Positions 36,580 through 46,642 of a DNA stretch of 64,000 bases are shown here, one piece after another. This DNA is from Bdellovibrionales bacterium. Lineage in GTDB: Bacteria; Bdellovibrionota; Bdellovibrionia; Bdellovibrionales; UBA1609. The notes beneath the pieces are model-generated. The model did no database searches. It saw only the letters and a program-made list of their open reading frames with translations, and was not told the DNA's origin. The translations under genes were made by a program, and so were the position numbers. The DNA is taken from NCBI GenBank assembly GCA_965237565.1, contig OZ250145.1, positions 955,529 through 1,019,528 of the forward strand, in the 5' to 3' direction. Numbering within the stretch: the stretch's first letter is position 1; every line of letters starts with the position of its first letter.

Positions 36580-37638
36580 CTAGGCAGCAAGGGGTTTTTT
36601 CAATTTTTTGGCAATTGATGAGGTAAGATATTCCGTCCATTTGTTGATTTCATCTAAATGAGCGGAATCAACCACTGCATCTGCTATGCCCAAAAAAGCT
36701 CCCGTCATTTTTTTTTCTTCGTTCAATACGGGAATAAGGGTCGCATGACTGGGTAATTTTTCAAATCCCCAAGATTGAAAAAATTTTAGATGCTTTTCAT
36801 TTTTTATAACGTAGCCATGGTAGGATTGCTTGCTAGAGCAGATCAGCCTAAACATGGAGGCTTCCTTGGTCTCAATAGGTGTAGTGGGACCATCTAAGTT
36901 TTTACTCCACTTAATCGGGATAAATTTTTGGTTTTGAAAAGCAAATACAATGGCTCCTGAAAAATATTTTTTCGATAATTCAAAAACCTCAGTATAATTT
37001 GCTGTTTCTTTTTTCTCACCCTTCTTGTTGGTGAAAATAGCATGAAAAATAAACTGAGTAATCTTGCTTATTGCAGAAGGACTTTCTTCTTCGTTATACG
37101 CTTTTTTCGCTACACTTGAATCGGCAGGTGGTCGAACTTTACTGGGCTGTGCCTTCTCACTGGCTACTTCTTTGCTTTTATTGCTTGCTGGATCCAATAC
37201 GGTGGTGATTTTCTGCCAGAACATTTCCAAATATTTTGGCTCAGTCAAAATGGGAACGACGTGATCATTTTTTTTATTTACCGGAGGTTCTACGCAACCA
37301 GCAAATACAATGTTGTCCCATTTATAAATGGGAAGAAAAGATTCGCTCCAATTTTCTTGATCTTTCACTTCATTCCATAGTTCTTGGTTGATGATCATGT
37401 TGTCAAAAAAATTCCCGTCTAGACTGGGAATTCCATAGTGATTTCTTGCCCATTCAAAATATGGTTCAGAAGGCAGGTTTTTTTCTTTCAGAGCCCAAAA
37501 AGTAAGATCTTGATCTTTGCAAAGTTTTTGCCAATTGGAATAATCGATTTCTGCAACATTTAGGGCCTTTTGCCACTTTTTCATGTCTTTCATACTAAGA
37601 ACCATTGGAGTTTTTTGCTCTTTTTTTACACTTTCCAT
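36580..37638 (-). CDS. Hypothetical protein with a T2SS-E-N-terminal-like domain and a GAF-like C-terminal half
   Basis: 'YFEWARNHYGIPSLDGNFF...ELWNEV...FLPIYKWDNIVFAGCVEPP' fits the GspE/PilB N-domain pattern (...lP.....n.l.va..eP). The C-terminal domain assignment is weak. Confidence 0.45.
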   Translation of the reverse strand: MESVKKEQKTPMVLSMKDMKKWQKALNVAEIDYSNWQKLCKDQDLTFWALKEKNLPSEPYFEWARNHYGIPSLDGNFFDNMIINQELWNEVKDQENWSESFLPIYKWDNIVFAGCVEPPVNKKNDHVVPILTEPKYLEMFWQKITTVLDPASNKSKEVASEKAQPSKVRPPADSSVAKKAYNEEESPSAISKITQFIFHAIFTNKKGEKKETANYTEVFELSKKYFSGAIVFAFQNQKFIPIKWSKNLDGPTTPIETKEASMFRLICSSKQSYHGYVIKNEKHLKFFQSWGFEKLPSHATLIPVLNEEKKMTGAFLGIADAVVDSAHLDEINKWTEYLTSSIAKKLKKPLAA

Positions 37639-37753
37639 GCCATTGCTTCCTTTCCCCCTTCCCTTATCGGATCAAGCTTCCTCATTTTCAAACAGAAAGC
37701 ACACTAACAAAGCTCAGTTTTTTGTGGTAAAAAGCTATCTTTTGGACTGATTT

Positions 37754-38941
37754 ATGGAAGTTTTATCTGATACAAAGCGTGTCTACCTAGACTATAACGC
37801 CACCACTCCTCCAGCCAAATTTCTTCTGGACAAAATCAATGAGTGGTTTTCTGTTTGGGGAAACCCTAGTTCTGTTCACAGAACAGGCCAGTTGGCTCGC
37901 TCTGCCCTCTGGTCCTCAAAGGTGCAAGTGGCTCGTTTCATAGGCTGTCGTCCTCTTGAGTTGGTGGTTTCCAGTGGAGCCAGTGAGGCCAACAATATGG
38001 CTATCAAGGGCCTCCATGAGAAGTATTTTCCTGCACGCTCTGATAGAAATGAAATCATCATGTCTACTGTCGAACACCCAAGCGTGAAAGCCCCTATGGA
38101 TATTTTGAAGGCAAAGGGCATGAAACAAATTATCATTCCCGTTTCCAAAGAAGGAAAGCTGGATGAAAGAGCTTACAAAGAGGCTTTGAGTGAAAAAACT
38201 TTTTTGGTTTCGATCATGTACGCCAACAACGAAACGGGCCACGTGTTTCCGATCCATCGTCTGTCTCAAATGGCTCGCAAAGCGGGAGCTTTCTTTCACT
38301 GTGATGCGGTTCAGGCACTGGGGAAAAGGCCAGTGAATTTACAGGAACTGGACGTGGATACGGCAAGTTTTTCTGCTCACAAGACCTATGCCCTAAAAGG
38401 AACAGGGCTTCTTTATTGTCGAAAGGGAATTTTGCCAGAAAGCCTCATTCACGGAGGGCCTCAAGAAAGAACCAGAAGGGCGGGGACAGAAAATATTTTG
38501 GGTATGCTTTGTTTTGGAGCTGTTTGCGAGAAAGGAGATTTGATCCTAAAAGAATTTGCTCGCTTAAAAGAGCTCAGAGACCAAATGGAAAAAAATATTT
38601 TATCCCAACTAAGTTCTGCTCACGTCATCGGTTCTCAAGGGGAGAGACTGCCAAACACTTCAGCCATTTACATTCCGGGGGTGGATGGAGAAACTTTACT
38701 CATGAATATGGACCTAAAAGGCTACTCTTTCAGTGTGGGTTCTGCTTGTCATTCAGGAAGTCTCAATCCCAGTCGTGTTCTGATATCCATGGGGTTTAGT
38801 GAAAAAGAAGCTCGCTCCACTTTTCGAGTGAGTTTGGGACTTGCTACGAAAAAAGAAGAGCTGGATGATTTTGTCTCTGATCTGACTCTTTCTGTAAAAC
38901 GCATATCTAGTTTTTCTGAGCAAATGAGGATTCAAAAATAA
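37754..38941 (+). CDS. Cysteine desulfurase (NifS/IscS family)
   Basis: PLP-lysine motif 'FSAHKTYALKGTGLLY'. Catalytic loop 'GSACHSG'. Confidence 0.9.
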   Translation: MEVLSDTKRVYLDYNATTPPAKFLLDKINEWFSVWGNPSSVHRTGQLARSALWSSKVQVARFIGCRPLELVVSSGASEANNMAIKGLHEKYFPARSDRNEIIMSTVEHPSVKAPMDILKAKGMKQIIIPVSKEGKLDERAYKEALSEKTFLVSIMYANNETGHVFPIHRLSQMARKAGAFFHCDAVQALGKRPVNLQELDVDTASFSAHKTYALKGTGLLYCRKGILPESLIHGGPQERTRRAGTENILGMLCFGAVCEKGDLILKEFARLKELRDQMEKNILSQLSSAHVIGSQGERLPNTSAIYIPGVDGETLLMNMDLKGYSFSVGSACHSGSLNPSRVLISMGFSEKEARSTFRVSLGLATKKEELDDFVSDLTLSVKRISSFSEQMRIQK

Positions 38942-38980
38942 TCGTTTGGATTTTTCCCAACTGTTTGTTAAAAAAATAAA

Positions 38981-40087
38981 ATGAAAACGATGAAGAAAAA
39001 AAAACGTGTTTTGATGGCTATGAGCGGGGGCGTGGATAGCAGTGTGTCTGCCCTTCTTTTGCAAGACCAAGGCTATGATGTGGTGGGCATTACCATGCAA
39101 GTGTGGGATCATTCTGCTCCAGATTCAGACATGCAGCAAGAGGGCCATGGAACTTGTTGCTCCAGTGTGGATGTGGAAGACGCAAGGGTGGTCTGCCAAA
39201 AACTGGAGATTCCCTTTTATGTACTGAACTGCGAAGCTCGTTTTAAAACCCAGGTCATTGACAAATTTGTAAATTCTTATCTAGAGGGAAAAACCCCTAT
39301 CCCTTGTGTGGATTGTAACACCTATTTGAAATTTGACTATCTTTTGCAAAAGATGAAGGAACTACACTGTGATTTTCTTGCAACTGGGCACTATGCGAAA
39401 ATCAAGAAAACAACAAATGGTCGCCTAATTATTTGCAAAAGCACGGATGATTGGAAGGATCAAACCTATTTTTTGTTCACTATTTCCCCTGAAATCATTC
39501 CCTCCTTGCTCTTTCCCGTTGGCAACATGGAAAAGCAGGAGGTGAGAGAGATCGCGAAAGCCAAGGGGCTCGAAGTGTTTAAGAAAAAAGACTCAACGGG
39601 ACTTTGCTTCGTGGGTTCAAAGGGCTATGCGGATTTTATTGAAAAACAAAATGTAAAGCAAAGTAAAGGTCCGATCAGACGCTATCCCTCTGGGGAGCTC
39701 ATGGGTGAGCATGAGGGGCTTTATCACTTCACCTACGGCCAACGCAAGGGACTCAATGTCGCCTCTGACAAAGCCCTCTATGTAATGAAAATAGATGTCA
39801 AAACGGATACCTTGTGGCTGGGAGAAGAGTCCTCTCTTTACAGCGAGCGAGCTCGTTTGAAAGATTTGAATTGGTTGGACAAAGTGGCTGAGGGGGAAAG
39901 ATTGCAGGTGAAAATTCGTTTTCATCACAAGGGTTGCTGGGCTCGCGTATACAGGCAAGATGAATCTTGTTTGCTTGAGTTTGAAGAACCACAAAAAGCT
40001 GTGACCCCTGGGCAAGCGGGTGTTTTGTACCGATCCGACCAACTGGTTGGCGGGGGTAGAATTGATGAATTAGAGATAAGAAACTAA
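38981..40087 (+). CDS. mnmA: tRNA 2-thiouridine(34) synthase
   Basis: PP-loop 'AMSGGVDSSVSA', 'CCS..D', 'TGHYA'. 368 aa. Confidence 0.93.
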   Translation: MKTMKKKKRVLMAMSGGVDSSVSALLLQDQGYDVVGITMQVWDHSAPDSDMQQEGHGTCCSSVDVEDARVVCQKLEIPFYVLNCEARFKTQVIDKFVNSYLEGKTPIPCVDCNTYLKFDYLLQKMKELHCDFLATGHYAKIKKTTNGRLIICKSTDDWKDQTYFLFTISPEIIPSLLFPVGNMEKQEVREIAKAKGLEVFKKKDSTGLCFVGSKGYADFIEKQNVKQSKGPIRRYPSGELMGEHEGLYHFTYGQRKGLNVASDKALYVMKIDVKTDTLWLGEESSLYSERARLKDLNWLDKVAEGERLQVKIRFHHKGCWARVYRQDESCLLEFEEPQKAVTPGQAGVLYRSDQLVGGGRIDELEIRN

Positions 40088-40092
40088 GAAAG

Positions 40093-41427
40093 ATGCAATA
40101 TTCCATCAAAACATTTGGTTGCAAAGTAAACACCTATGACAGCGGTTTGATACAAAAACGTTTGAAAGAAAAAAATTGGACCGAAAATTCTTTTTCGGAA
40201 GATCACGAAGTACATATTGTCAATACTTGTGCAGTGACGGAAGAAGCCGTGAGGGAGGCTCGTCGATGGATTTCCCGTCACAAAAAAAAATATCCGAAAG
40301 TACAAATTGTGGTAACAGGTTGTGCGGCTGAAATCGAACCCGAAACCTTTGCCTCCATGAAGAATGTGGATGCTGTAGTGGCCAATTCCAAAAAAAGTGA
40401 ACTGGCAGAGATTTTAGACAAAAAAAGCTATCGCTCTCAGCGAGTGTTTCAGTCTTCAATATTTAAACAAACATCACTCGAAAAAGAGGGAACTTTGGAA
40501 AGCCATCACACTCGATTTTTTTTAAAAATCCAAGATGGTTGCAATAGCTTTTGTACTTTTTGTGTCATTCCCTTCGCTAGAGGGAAAAGCCGAAGCATTC
40601 CACCCGATGATTTGGTTTCATCTGTCGAGAGGTCTTATGATGGGGGAGTGAGAGAAGTGGTTTTAACCGGGATTCACATAGGGGATTATCGCATAGCCGA
40701 TATGGAAGCCAAAAAATCTTTGCCGAAACTTTTAAGAATTTTACTAAAAAAAACCAGAATGCCTCGCATTCGCTTATCCAGTCTAGAGCCTTTGGAACTC
40801 ACGGGAGAGCTTTTGGATTTATTCAGTTGTGATCGAATTTGTCCTCATTTTCATATCAGCATCCAGAGTGCTGAAACAAAAGTGCTAAAAGATATGAAAA
40901 GAAAATACGAAGCAGGAGACGTGGCAAACACTTTGTTGCGAATTGAAAAAAAAATTCCCTCAGCCTATGTGGGCATGGACGTGATAGCGGGATTTCCCTC
41001 AGAAACACAAGAACAATTTGAGCAAGGCTACTCTCTACTAAAAGATTGTCCTTGGACGAAAATGCATGTTTTTCCCTATAGTCCTAGAAAATTCACTTAT
41101 GCATCTAGGCTCAAATCTTGGCCTCTTTTTGTGATCAAGAAAAGAGCCGCTTTGCTACGGCATCTCAGCGAAGATCGCCAAAAAGAGAAATTGCGAAAAC
41201 AAATCGGGACGATCAAAAAGGTTTTGCCGTTGCGTAACTCTCATTCACTTTCTCGAATGGATTGGCACACTGGACTCAGTAGAGACTATTGGTCCGTTCG
41301 GTGGAAAGATCAAAAGACTTTTTCGGACATTCAGTCAGAAGAAAAAAAATGTTCAGAAGAACTAAGCATGAAAATTTTATTTGTGAACGAAGAAAAACAT
41401 TACTTGGAAGGGGAATGTACAAGGTGA
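40093..41427 (+). CDS. mtaB: Radical-SAM methylthiotransferase (MtaB/MiaB-like)
   Basis: UPF0004 domain 'KTFGCKVNTYDS'. Radical SAM 'CNSFCTFCVIP' (CxxxCxxC). Confidence 0.8.
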   Translation: MQYSIKTFGCKVNTYDSGLIQKRLKEKNWTENSFSEDHEVHIVNTCAVTEEAVREARRWISRHKKKYPKVQIVVTGCAAEIEPETFASMKNVDAVVANSKKSELAEILDKKSYRSQRVFQSSIFKQTSLEKEGTLESHHTRFFLKIQDGCNSFCTFCVIPFARGKSRSIPPDDLVSSVERSYDGGVREVVLTGIHIGDYRIADMEAKKSLPKLLRILLKKTRMPRIRLSSLEPLELTGELLDLFSCDRICPHFHISIQSAETKVLKDMKRKYEAGDVANTLLRIEKKIPSAYVGMDVIAGFPSETQEQFEQGYSLLKDCPWTKMHVFPYSPRKFTYASRLKSWPLFVIKKRAALLRHLSEDRQKEKLRKQIGTIKKVLPLRNSHSLSRMDWHTGLSRDYWSVRWKDQKTFSDIQSEEKKCSEELSMKILFVNEEKHYLEGECTR

Positions 41428-41595
41428 TGAAAGAAGAACAAAGCTGTTAGGATTTTTTTGTAAAAAAATGAAGCTTGCATTTCATTCATCTTATCGTTTC
41501 GGCTATGTAGGACGCATTGTGATCGTGTGGGAGTCATTGCAATTGTTTAGAAATCACTGCAGTGTTACCAGAGGCAATATTCGGTTAGAGAACAA

Positions 41596-42345
41596 ATGGT
41601 GAAATTAAAAAATTTTCTTATACCCTTGATTCATCGTCTGAGTTATCGGCAAAAGTTTGCACTTGAAAGAAGAATTGGTTACTTTTTTACGAATCAAAAT
41701 TTAAAAGAGCAATCATTGACACACAAAAGTTTGGCTAATGAGAGCGGACATGAAAGACACAATGAACGCTTGGAGTTTTTAGGGGATGCGGTTTTTGATC
41801 TTTGTATCAGTGATTTGTTGATGCAAGAATATCCAGATGCCGACGAGGGAGATTTGTCAAAAATGAGAGCTTCTTTGGTGAATACAGATGCTTTAGCTGA
41901 CTTGGCTTTGTTTCTGAAACTGGATCAAGAGATGAAAATGGGAATGTCTGAGTCTCGTGACAGAGGGCAACTCAAACCTCGTTTGCTCGCCTGTGTTTTG
42001 GAGGCATTGGTCGGGGCGGTGTACTTGGATGGAGGTTATAAAAAAGTAAAAATTTTCGTTATGAATTTGGTAGAGAAAAAAATCAAAGAAGGTCCGGTCA
42101 ATAAAGATTATAAGAGCATTCTGCAAGAATTTGTGCAAAAAAAATTCCAGAGGATTCCCACTTACAATATATTGGATATCAAGGGAGTTCCACACGCAAA
42201 GGTATTTGTTATGGAAGCGATTGTAGATCAGAAAGTTGTTGGCCAAGGGACGGGGAAAAGCAAAAAACAAGCCACCCAGATGGCAGCTTTTTCTGCTTTG
42301 AAGAAATTAAAAGCTCCTCCTTTTCATCGCATTCTGGAGTCATAG
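41596..42345 (+). CDS. rnc: Ribonuclease III
   Basis: Signature 'NERLEFLGDAV'. C-terminal dsRBD 'GTGKSKKQATQMAA'. Confidence 0.93.
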   Translation: MVKLKNFLIPLIHRLSYRQKFALERRIGYFFTNQNLKEQSLTHKSLANESGHERHNERLEFLGDAVFDLCISDLLMQEYPDADEGDLSKMRASLVNTDALADLALFLKLDQEMKMGMSESRDRGQLKPRLLACVLEALVGAVYLDGGYKKVKIFVMNLVEKKIKEGPVNKDYKSILQEFVQKKFQRIPTYNILDIKGVPHAKVFVMEAIVDQKVVGQGTGKSKKQATQMAAFSALKKLKAPPFHRILES

Positions 42346-42347
42346 AA

Positions 42348-43667
42348 TTGAATCGCGTGTTAATTCTTGGACGCCCCAACGTGGGCAAGTCTTCTTTATT
42401 CAATCGTTTGATTCGCCAGAAAAAAGCCTTGGTCGTGAACCAGCCAGGGGTCACTCGCGATATTTTAAAAGCAAAAGCGTCTTGGTGGGGAGTGGATTTT
42501 GAAGTTTGGGACTCTGGGGGGCTTTGGTCGAAACATTCGAAGTGGGGGAAGTCGCTGGATCAGCAAGTTTGTTCAGCCATTCAACAAGCGGACTTGGTTG
42601 TTTTTGTGATGGATGTTCGCTCAGGTCTTTTGGATGAAGATAAGCAAAGCTTTCGTTTGGTAAAAAAGTCTGGAAAGAAATTTTTAACAGTTGTTAACAA
42701 AGTAGATGAACCAAAAAAATCTGAACTATTGTTGAGCGGGTTTCATTCTTTGGGAGTGAATCTTCTCCATTCTTCCTTCGAAGCGGATCGTGGAGTGACG
42801 GAAATTGTAGAGTGGATAGTGGCTCAAAAGGATTTGGCTTCTTATCATCCATCCCGGGAAAAATCTCACAGTTCCTCAGTTCGCTTGCTAGTGGCTGGCA
42901 AAATCAATGTGGGAAAGAGTTCGCTTTGCAACGCCCTTTTGAAAAAAAATCGCATGCTAACCTCATCTTTTGCTGGGACCACTATGGATGTAGTCGATGA
43001 TCAGTTTCAATATAGAGGGAAGTCTTATGCTTTGCTAGATACAGCAGGGGTACGAAAATTAGATCCCAAAAAAAGCATTGAGAATCTGGCAAACTTTAAG
43101 TCGCAGCAAAAGTTTTCGAAAGTAGACATCATCCTCCTTTTGGTGGAATCCACTTCGCACCCAAGTCGCGGAGAAGCTCGCATGCTCCAACACTGTGCGG
43201 AAGAGCACAAGCCCGTCATTATGGTTGTAAACAAATGGGACCTAGCTTTGAAAGATAAAAAGATGAGCAAAGTGGAATATAGAAAATTGGTCAAAAATCA
43301 ATTTCACTTTTATCCTGACTTGCCAGTTGTTTTTACCAGCGCTTTGCATTCTTCTGGTCTCTCAGTTTTATTGAAAAAGGTAGATGAAATCTATGAAAAG
43401 CTTTGTAAGCGTATTTCCACTTCGGAATTGAACAAATTTTTTACTTCTGTTATTCGCAAAGCTCCGGCCCCAGTTTACGGAGGGCAAGATGTGAAGTTTT
43501 ACTATCTCACGCAAACGCAACACACTCCGCCTGCTTTTGTTGCTTTTGCAAATTATCCGCAAGGGATTAAAAAGTCTTATCGACGTTTTCTGATTCACCA
43601 AATTCAAAATCGTTGGAATCTAAAAGGGATTCCCATTCGGATCTTTGTTCTGTCAAAAAACAGATAG
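42348..43667 (+). CDS. der: Ribosome-associated GTPase Der/EngA
   Basis: Two G domains ('GRPNVGKSSLFN', 'GKINVGKSSLCN', 'NKVD'/'NKWD') and a KH-like tail. Confidence 0.93.
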   Translation: MNRVLILGRPNVGKSSLFNRLIRQKKALVVNQPGVTRDILKAKASWWGVDFEVWDSGGLWSKHSKWGKSLDQQVCSAIQQADLVVFVMDVRSGLLDEDKQSFRLVKKSGKKFLTVVNKVDEPKKSELLLSGFHSLGVNLLHSSFEADRGVTEIVEWIVAQKDLASYHPSREKSHSSSVRLLVAGKINVGKSSLCNALLKKNRMLTSSFAGTTMDVVDDQFQYRGKSYALLDTAGVRKLDPKKSIENLANFKSQQKFSKVDIILLLVESTSHPSRGEARMLQHCAEEHKPVIMVVNKWDLALKDKKMSKVEYRKLVKNQFHFYPDLPVVFTSALHSSGLSVLLKKVDEIYEKLCKRISTSELNKFFTSVIRKAPAPVYGGQDVKFYYLTQTQHTPPAFVAFANYPQGIKKSYRRFLIHQIQNRWNLKGIPIRIFVLSKNR

Positions 43668-43685
43668 TTTCGCTAGGGAACAAAT

Positions 43686-43720
43686 AAAAAAAAGGCCAGA
43701 AAGTGTTTCCGGCCTTTTTT
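43686..43720. terminator. Bidirectional rho-independent terminator between convergent der and an OMP gene
   Basis: A-tract, stem GGCCaGAAA / TTTCcGGCC (one A.C mismatch), GTG loop, T-tract. Confidence 0.7.
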
Positions 43721-43776
43721 CTACCAATCACTATGGGTGCGAGTATATGCTTCTCTCTCACTCCCTCTTTTCACAA

Positions 43777-44406
43777 CTAGTGAAAATAATGTACATAAGC
43801 TAGCGAGAGATCAACGGAATAATCTATACTTGCAGCAAAGTTTCGTAGTTCCGTTAGCACATCAAAATTCAGGCTGGCAACTAATCCAGTTCGGCTAGCT
43901 AGAAAGTATTTAACACTCACATAGGGTGAAAACAACAGATTGTGCTGGTTGCCCTTCATGAGCGAGTAGTTAATCTTTAGCCCTAGGGCTGGTACAAACT
44001 CATTTTTTCTTACGTTTTTTATGAAGTTAAATTCAGCCCAACCTCCGACATCAAGATTCAAACTCACTTTGCCACCCTCAGAACTGAGACTCAAATTGGG
44101 TCCCACTTCAAATTGGCCAGCGTTATACCCATAAAGAAGATCCACATCGAAACGCAAATTGCGATCGCTGATTCTGCTCCAAGGGATAAACTGTGCACCC
44201 ACTTGCATACGATGAGTTCTTTTGCGATAGCGGTATCTTTTCTTCTTCATTCCATCCATTGAGGACATGCCATTCATAGCCACGGTCTTGGGCAGCATGC
44301 TTTTGCCTTCTTCTATTGCAGACTCAGCCTGTGCAATCGCCGGAAGAAAAAAAGACATTGCCAGCGTGATCACAGAGGCGGAGAGAAATTTTCTACTTGT
44401 TTCCAT
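43777..44406 (-). CDS. Small outer-membrane beta-barrel protein
   Basis: Signal 'LAMSFFLPAIAQA'. Alternating amphipathic strands and an aromatic C-terminus '...YVHYFH'. Confidence 0.6.
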   Translation of the reverse strand: METSRKFLSASVITLAMSFFLPAIAQAESAIEEGKSMLPKTVAMNGMSSMDGMKKKRYRYRKRTHRMQVGAQFIPWSRISDRNLRFDVDLLYGYNAGQFEVGPNLSLSSEGGKVSLNLDVGGWAEFNFIKNVRKNEFVPALGLKINYSLMKGNQHNLLFSPYVSVKYFLASRTGLVASLNFDVLTELRNFAASIDYSVDLSLAYVHYFH

Positions 44407-44635
44407 TTTGAGTCCTCCTTGTTATTGAAACTCTTAATTTTTACTATAAAACTTTTTCTATTTCAGTACTCGACCTTCACAAGCTTCTAACATAGGAAAC
44501 GGAGTTTTTCAATGCATATAGCTGGTATGCATCTAAATTTGCGTCCAAATGCGTGAGAAGGATCAAAAAGTCCAAGTCTTTGGTTCATTTGTGTTGGCGC
44601 ATATTTTCAAGCAAGGAGACCTCTTCTTCAACTGT

Positions 44636-45454
44636 CTAAAAATTGACTCCCATCAATGCAGTAACAGTCATCCAATCTCCATAGGGTTTAAAATTTGTTC
44701 TGTTTTGTCCAGAGCTTGTGACCAATACAATTCCTTGAGACTCTTCTTCAAGTGTCACATATTTAAACACATACTGGAGACCAAAGTGGATTTTCCGCAA
44801 AAACATCAGTTCAAAACCTAGGCCCATATTGATGCCAAACCCGCTGTCTTCGTAATGGCCCCCTTGATTTGTAAGCGTGGCAACAACCGTGAGGGTGGAG
44901 TGGGAAACACCCAATAAAAAGTAGGGCTGAAGCCAGTTCAGTTGCTTGTGGAAGAGATTTCGATTTACAAAATATTTAAAATCCACTCCCATGGAAAGAA
45001 AAGAGGCACTTCCTATGAAGGGATTTGTCCCTTCGAGATTGACAGCAATGTTGTGGTTACTGCCTGTGATGGCAAATTGAAGGGCAAAAGTCAGGTCGAA
45101 AAAATAATTGAGATAGCCTCCGTAAGAGGGTCCTATCTCGAAGAGGTTGGCCATGTTGAGAGTGAAGATTTTTACTCCGCCATTTACTCCAAGCGTTAAA
45201 AACCGTCCCTCTTGAAAAAATGTGATATTTTCTTGTTCCTCAGCTGTGTTTTCAAATTCTGAATAGTCCGCAAAAGGATCATAAGCACTGATTTCATCCT
45301 GTTTGTCCTCGTTTTTCCCTCCATTGCTAGCAATGAGAATGGATTTTTTTGCAGATCCAAGAAAGAAGCCACTATGTGTCATTTTTTCCTTGGCAAAAGC
45401 TTGCTGAGAAGCCAAAGGCAAGGAGAAAAGGAAAATAAAAAGGAAATGTTTCAT
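44636..45454 (-). CDS. Outer-membrane beta-barrel protein
   Basis: Signal 'MKHFLFIFLFSLPLASQQAFA'. Strand-like repeats and a terminal '...LMGVNF'. Confidence 0.6.
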   Translation of the reverse strand: MKHFLFIFLFSLPLASQQAFAKEKMTHSGFFLGSAKKSILIASNGGKNEDKQDEISAYDPFADYSEFENTAEEQENITFFQEGRFLTLGVNGGVKIFTLNMANLFEIGPSYGGYLNYFFDLTFALQFAITGSNHNIAVNLEGTNPFIGSASFLSMGVDFKYFVNRNLFHKQLNWLQPYFLLGVSHSTLTVVATLTNQGGHYEDSGFGINMGLGFELMFLRKIHFGLQYVFKYVTLEEESQGIVLVTSSGQNRTNFKPYGDWMTVTALMGVNF

Positions 45455-45628
45455 AACGAAATAACTCTCCTTGTTTTGTTTCGGTTTTATGGGTTAAGAA
45501 AATAAAAAAATCTCATCTTGCATACAAGACGCTTGGGCCATGAAAATAGCTTGTACGATTGGAGCAGATTTTTTTTAAAATTGGACATTAGGCGAGGAAA
45601 ATTATTAGACATTAGGTTAGGAGAATCC

Positions 45629-46642
45629 TTGGATTATCATAAAGCTGGCGTAAATATTTCTGAAGCGAACAAGTTAGTGGATTGGTTAAAGAGGAAGCAA
45701 AAACATAGCAAAAATAAAAAGGTTCTTTCCGGTATCGGATCCTATAGTGCTTTGTTTCGTGCTTCCTTCCCAAAGATGAAAAAACCCTGCTTGGCTACGA
45801 GCGTAGATGGGGTGGGAACGAAAGTAAAACTGGCGACGTATTTTCAGAGCTACAAGGAAGTAGCCCAAGACTTGGTCGCTATGTGTGTGAATGATCTTAT
45901 TTGTTGCGGAGCAGAGCCACTTTTTTTTATGGATTATTATGCTTGTTCCAAAATCAATCCAAAATCAGTTCGAGAATTTTTACATGGCGTCCAATTGGCC
46001 TGTGAAAAAAGTGCTTGTGTCTTGCTAGGAGGAGAAACCGCTGAGATGCCAGGCTGTTACAAAGTTGGAGACTTTGACTGTGCGGGCTTTGTCATTGGGG
46101 CAGTGGACTTTTCAAATATTTTGGGAGCTCACAAAGTGAGGGTGGGGGACCGCATTCTGGGCGTATCCAGTTCAGGCTTTCATAGCAACGGTTTTTCTTT
46201 GTTGAGAAAAATTTTTCAAAAAGATTTGAAGCTTTGGAAGAAAGAGTTGCTAAGGCCCACGGCTCTTTATGTGGAGTTGGCGAAAAAAATTTTTCCAATC
46301 AAGGGTCTAAGGGCCATGGCCCATATCACAGGGGGAGGCTTGGACAATTTGTTGAGAGTTTTACCGATAGGGACAAAAGCGGAGCTCAAGCCTTGGCCCG
46401 TTCCATCCATTTTCTTGGAGGCCAAGAAGAGAGCAAAAATCACTTGGCCATCACTGCTCAAAACATGTAACTGCGGAGTGGGATTGGTTTTGATTCTTTC
46501 TCCTTCCGCTCATAAGAAAGTGCAAAAACATATTACTCAGCTTGGTTTTTCGGCTTTCGATTTGGGTTTCATTCAGGAACAAAAAATGAAAAACAAAGCG
46601 CCTTCTTGGTCTCTTCCTTTTTCGAAGTTGAAAACTTCATGA
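45629..46642 (+). CDS. purM: Phosphoribosylformylglycinamidine cyclo-ligase (AIR synthetase)
   Basis: 'SVDGVGTKVKLA', 'GGETAEMPG', 'SSGFHSNGFSL'. I prefer TTG 45629 with AGGAG 5 nt upstream, giving 'MDYHKAGV...'. The track ORF opens at 45518. Confidence 0.9.
   Translation: MDYHKAGVNISEANKLVDWLKRKQKHSKNKKVLSGIGSYSALFRASFPKMKKPCLATSVDGVGTKVKLATYFQSYKEVAQDLVAMCVNDLICCGAEPLFFMDYYACSKINPKSVREFLHGVQLACEKSACVLLGGETAEMPGCYKVGDFDCAGFVIGAVDFSNILGAHKVRVGDRILGVSSSGFHSNGFSLLRKIFQKDLKLWKKELLRPTALYVELAKKIFPIKGLRAMAHITGGGLDNLLRVLPIGTKAELKPWPVPSIFLEAKKRAKITWPSLLKTCNCGVGLVLILSPSAHKKVQKHITQLGFSAFDLGFIQEQKMKNKAPSWSLPFSKLKTS

Noticed and set aside
45455-45628. Possible purine or ZTP riboswitch upstream of purM.
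   Set aside because: I could not find the conserved purine-riboswitch junction sequences or the ZTP (pfl) GGGUCG...CCGCCUGGGCA elements by eye. A covariance-model scan (Rfam RF00167, RF01750) would settle the question.
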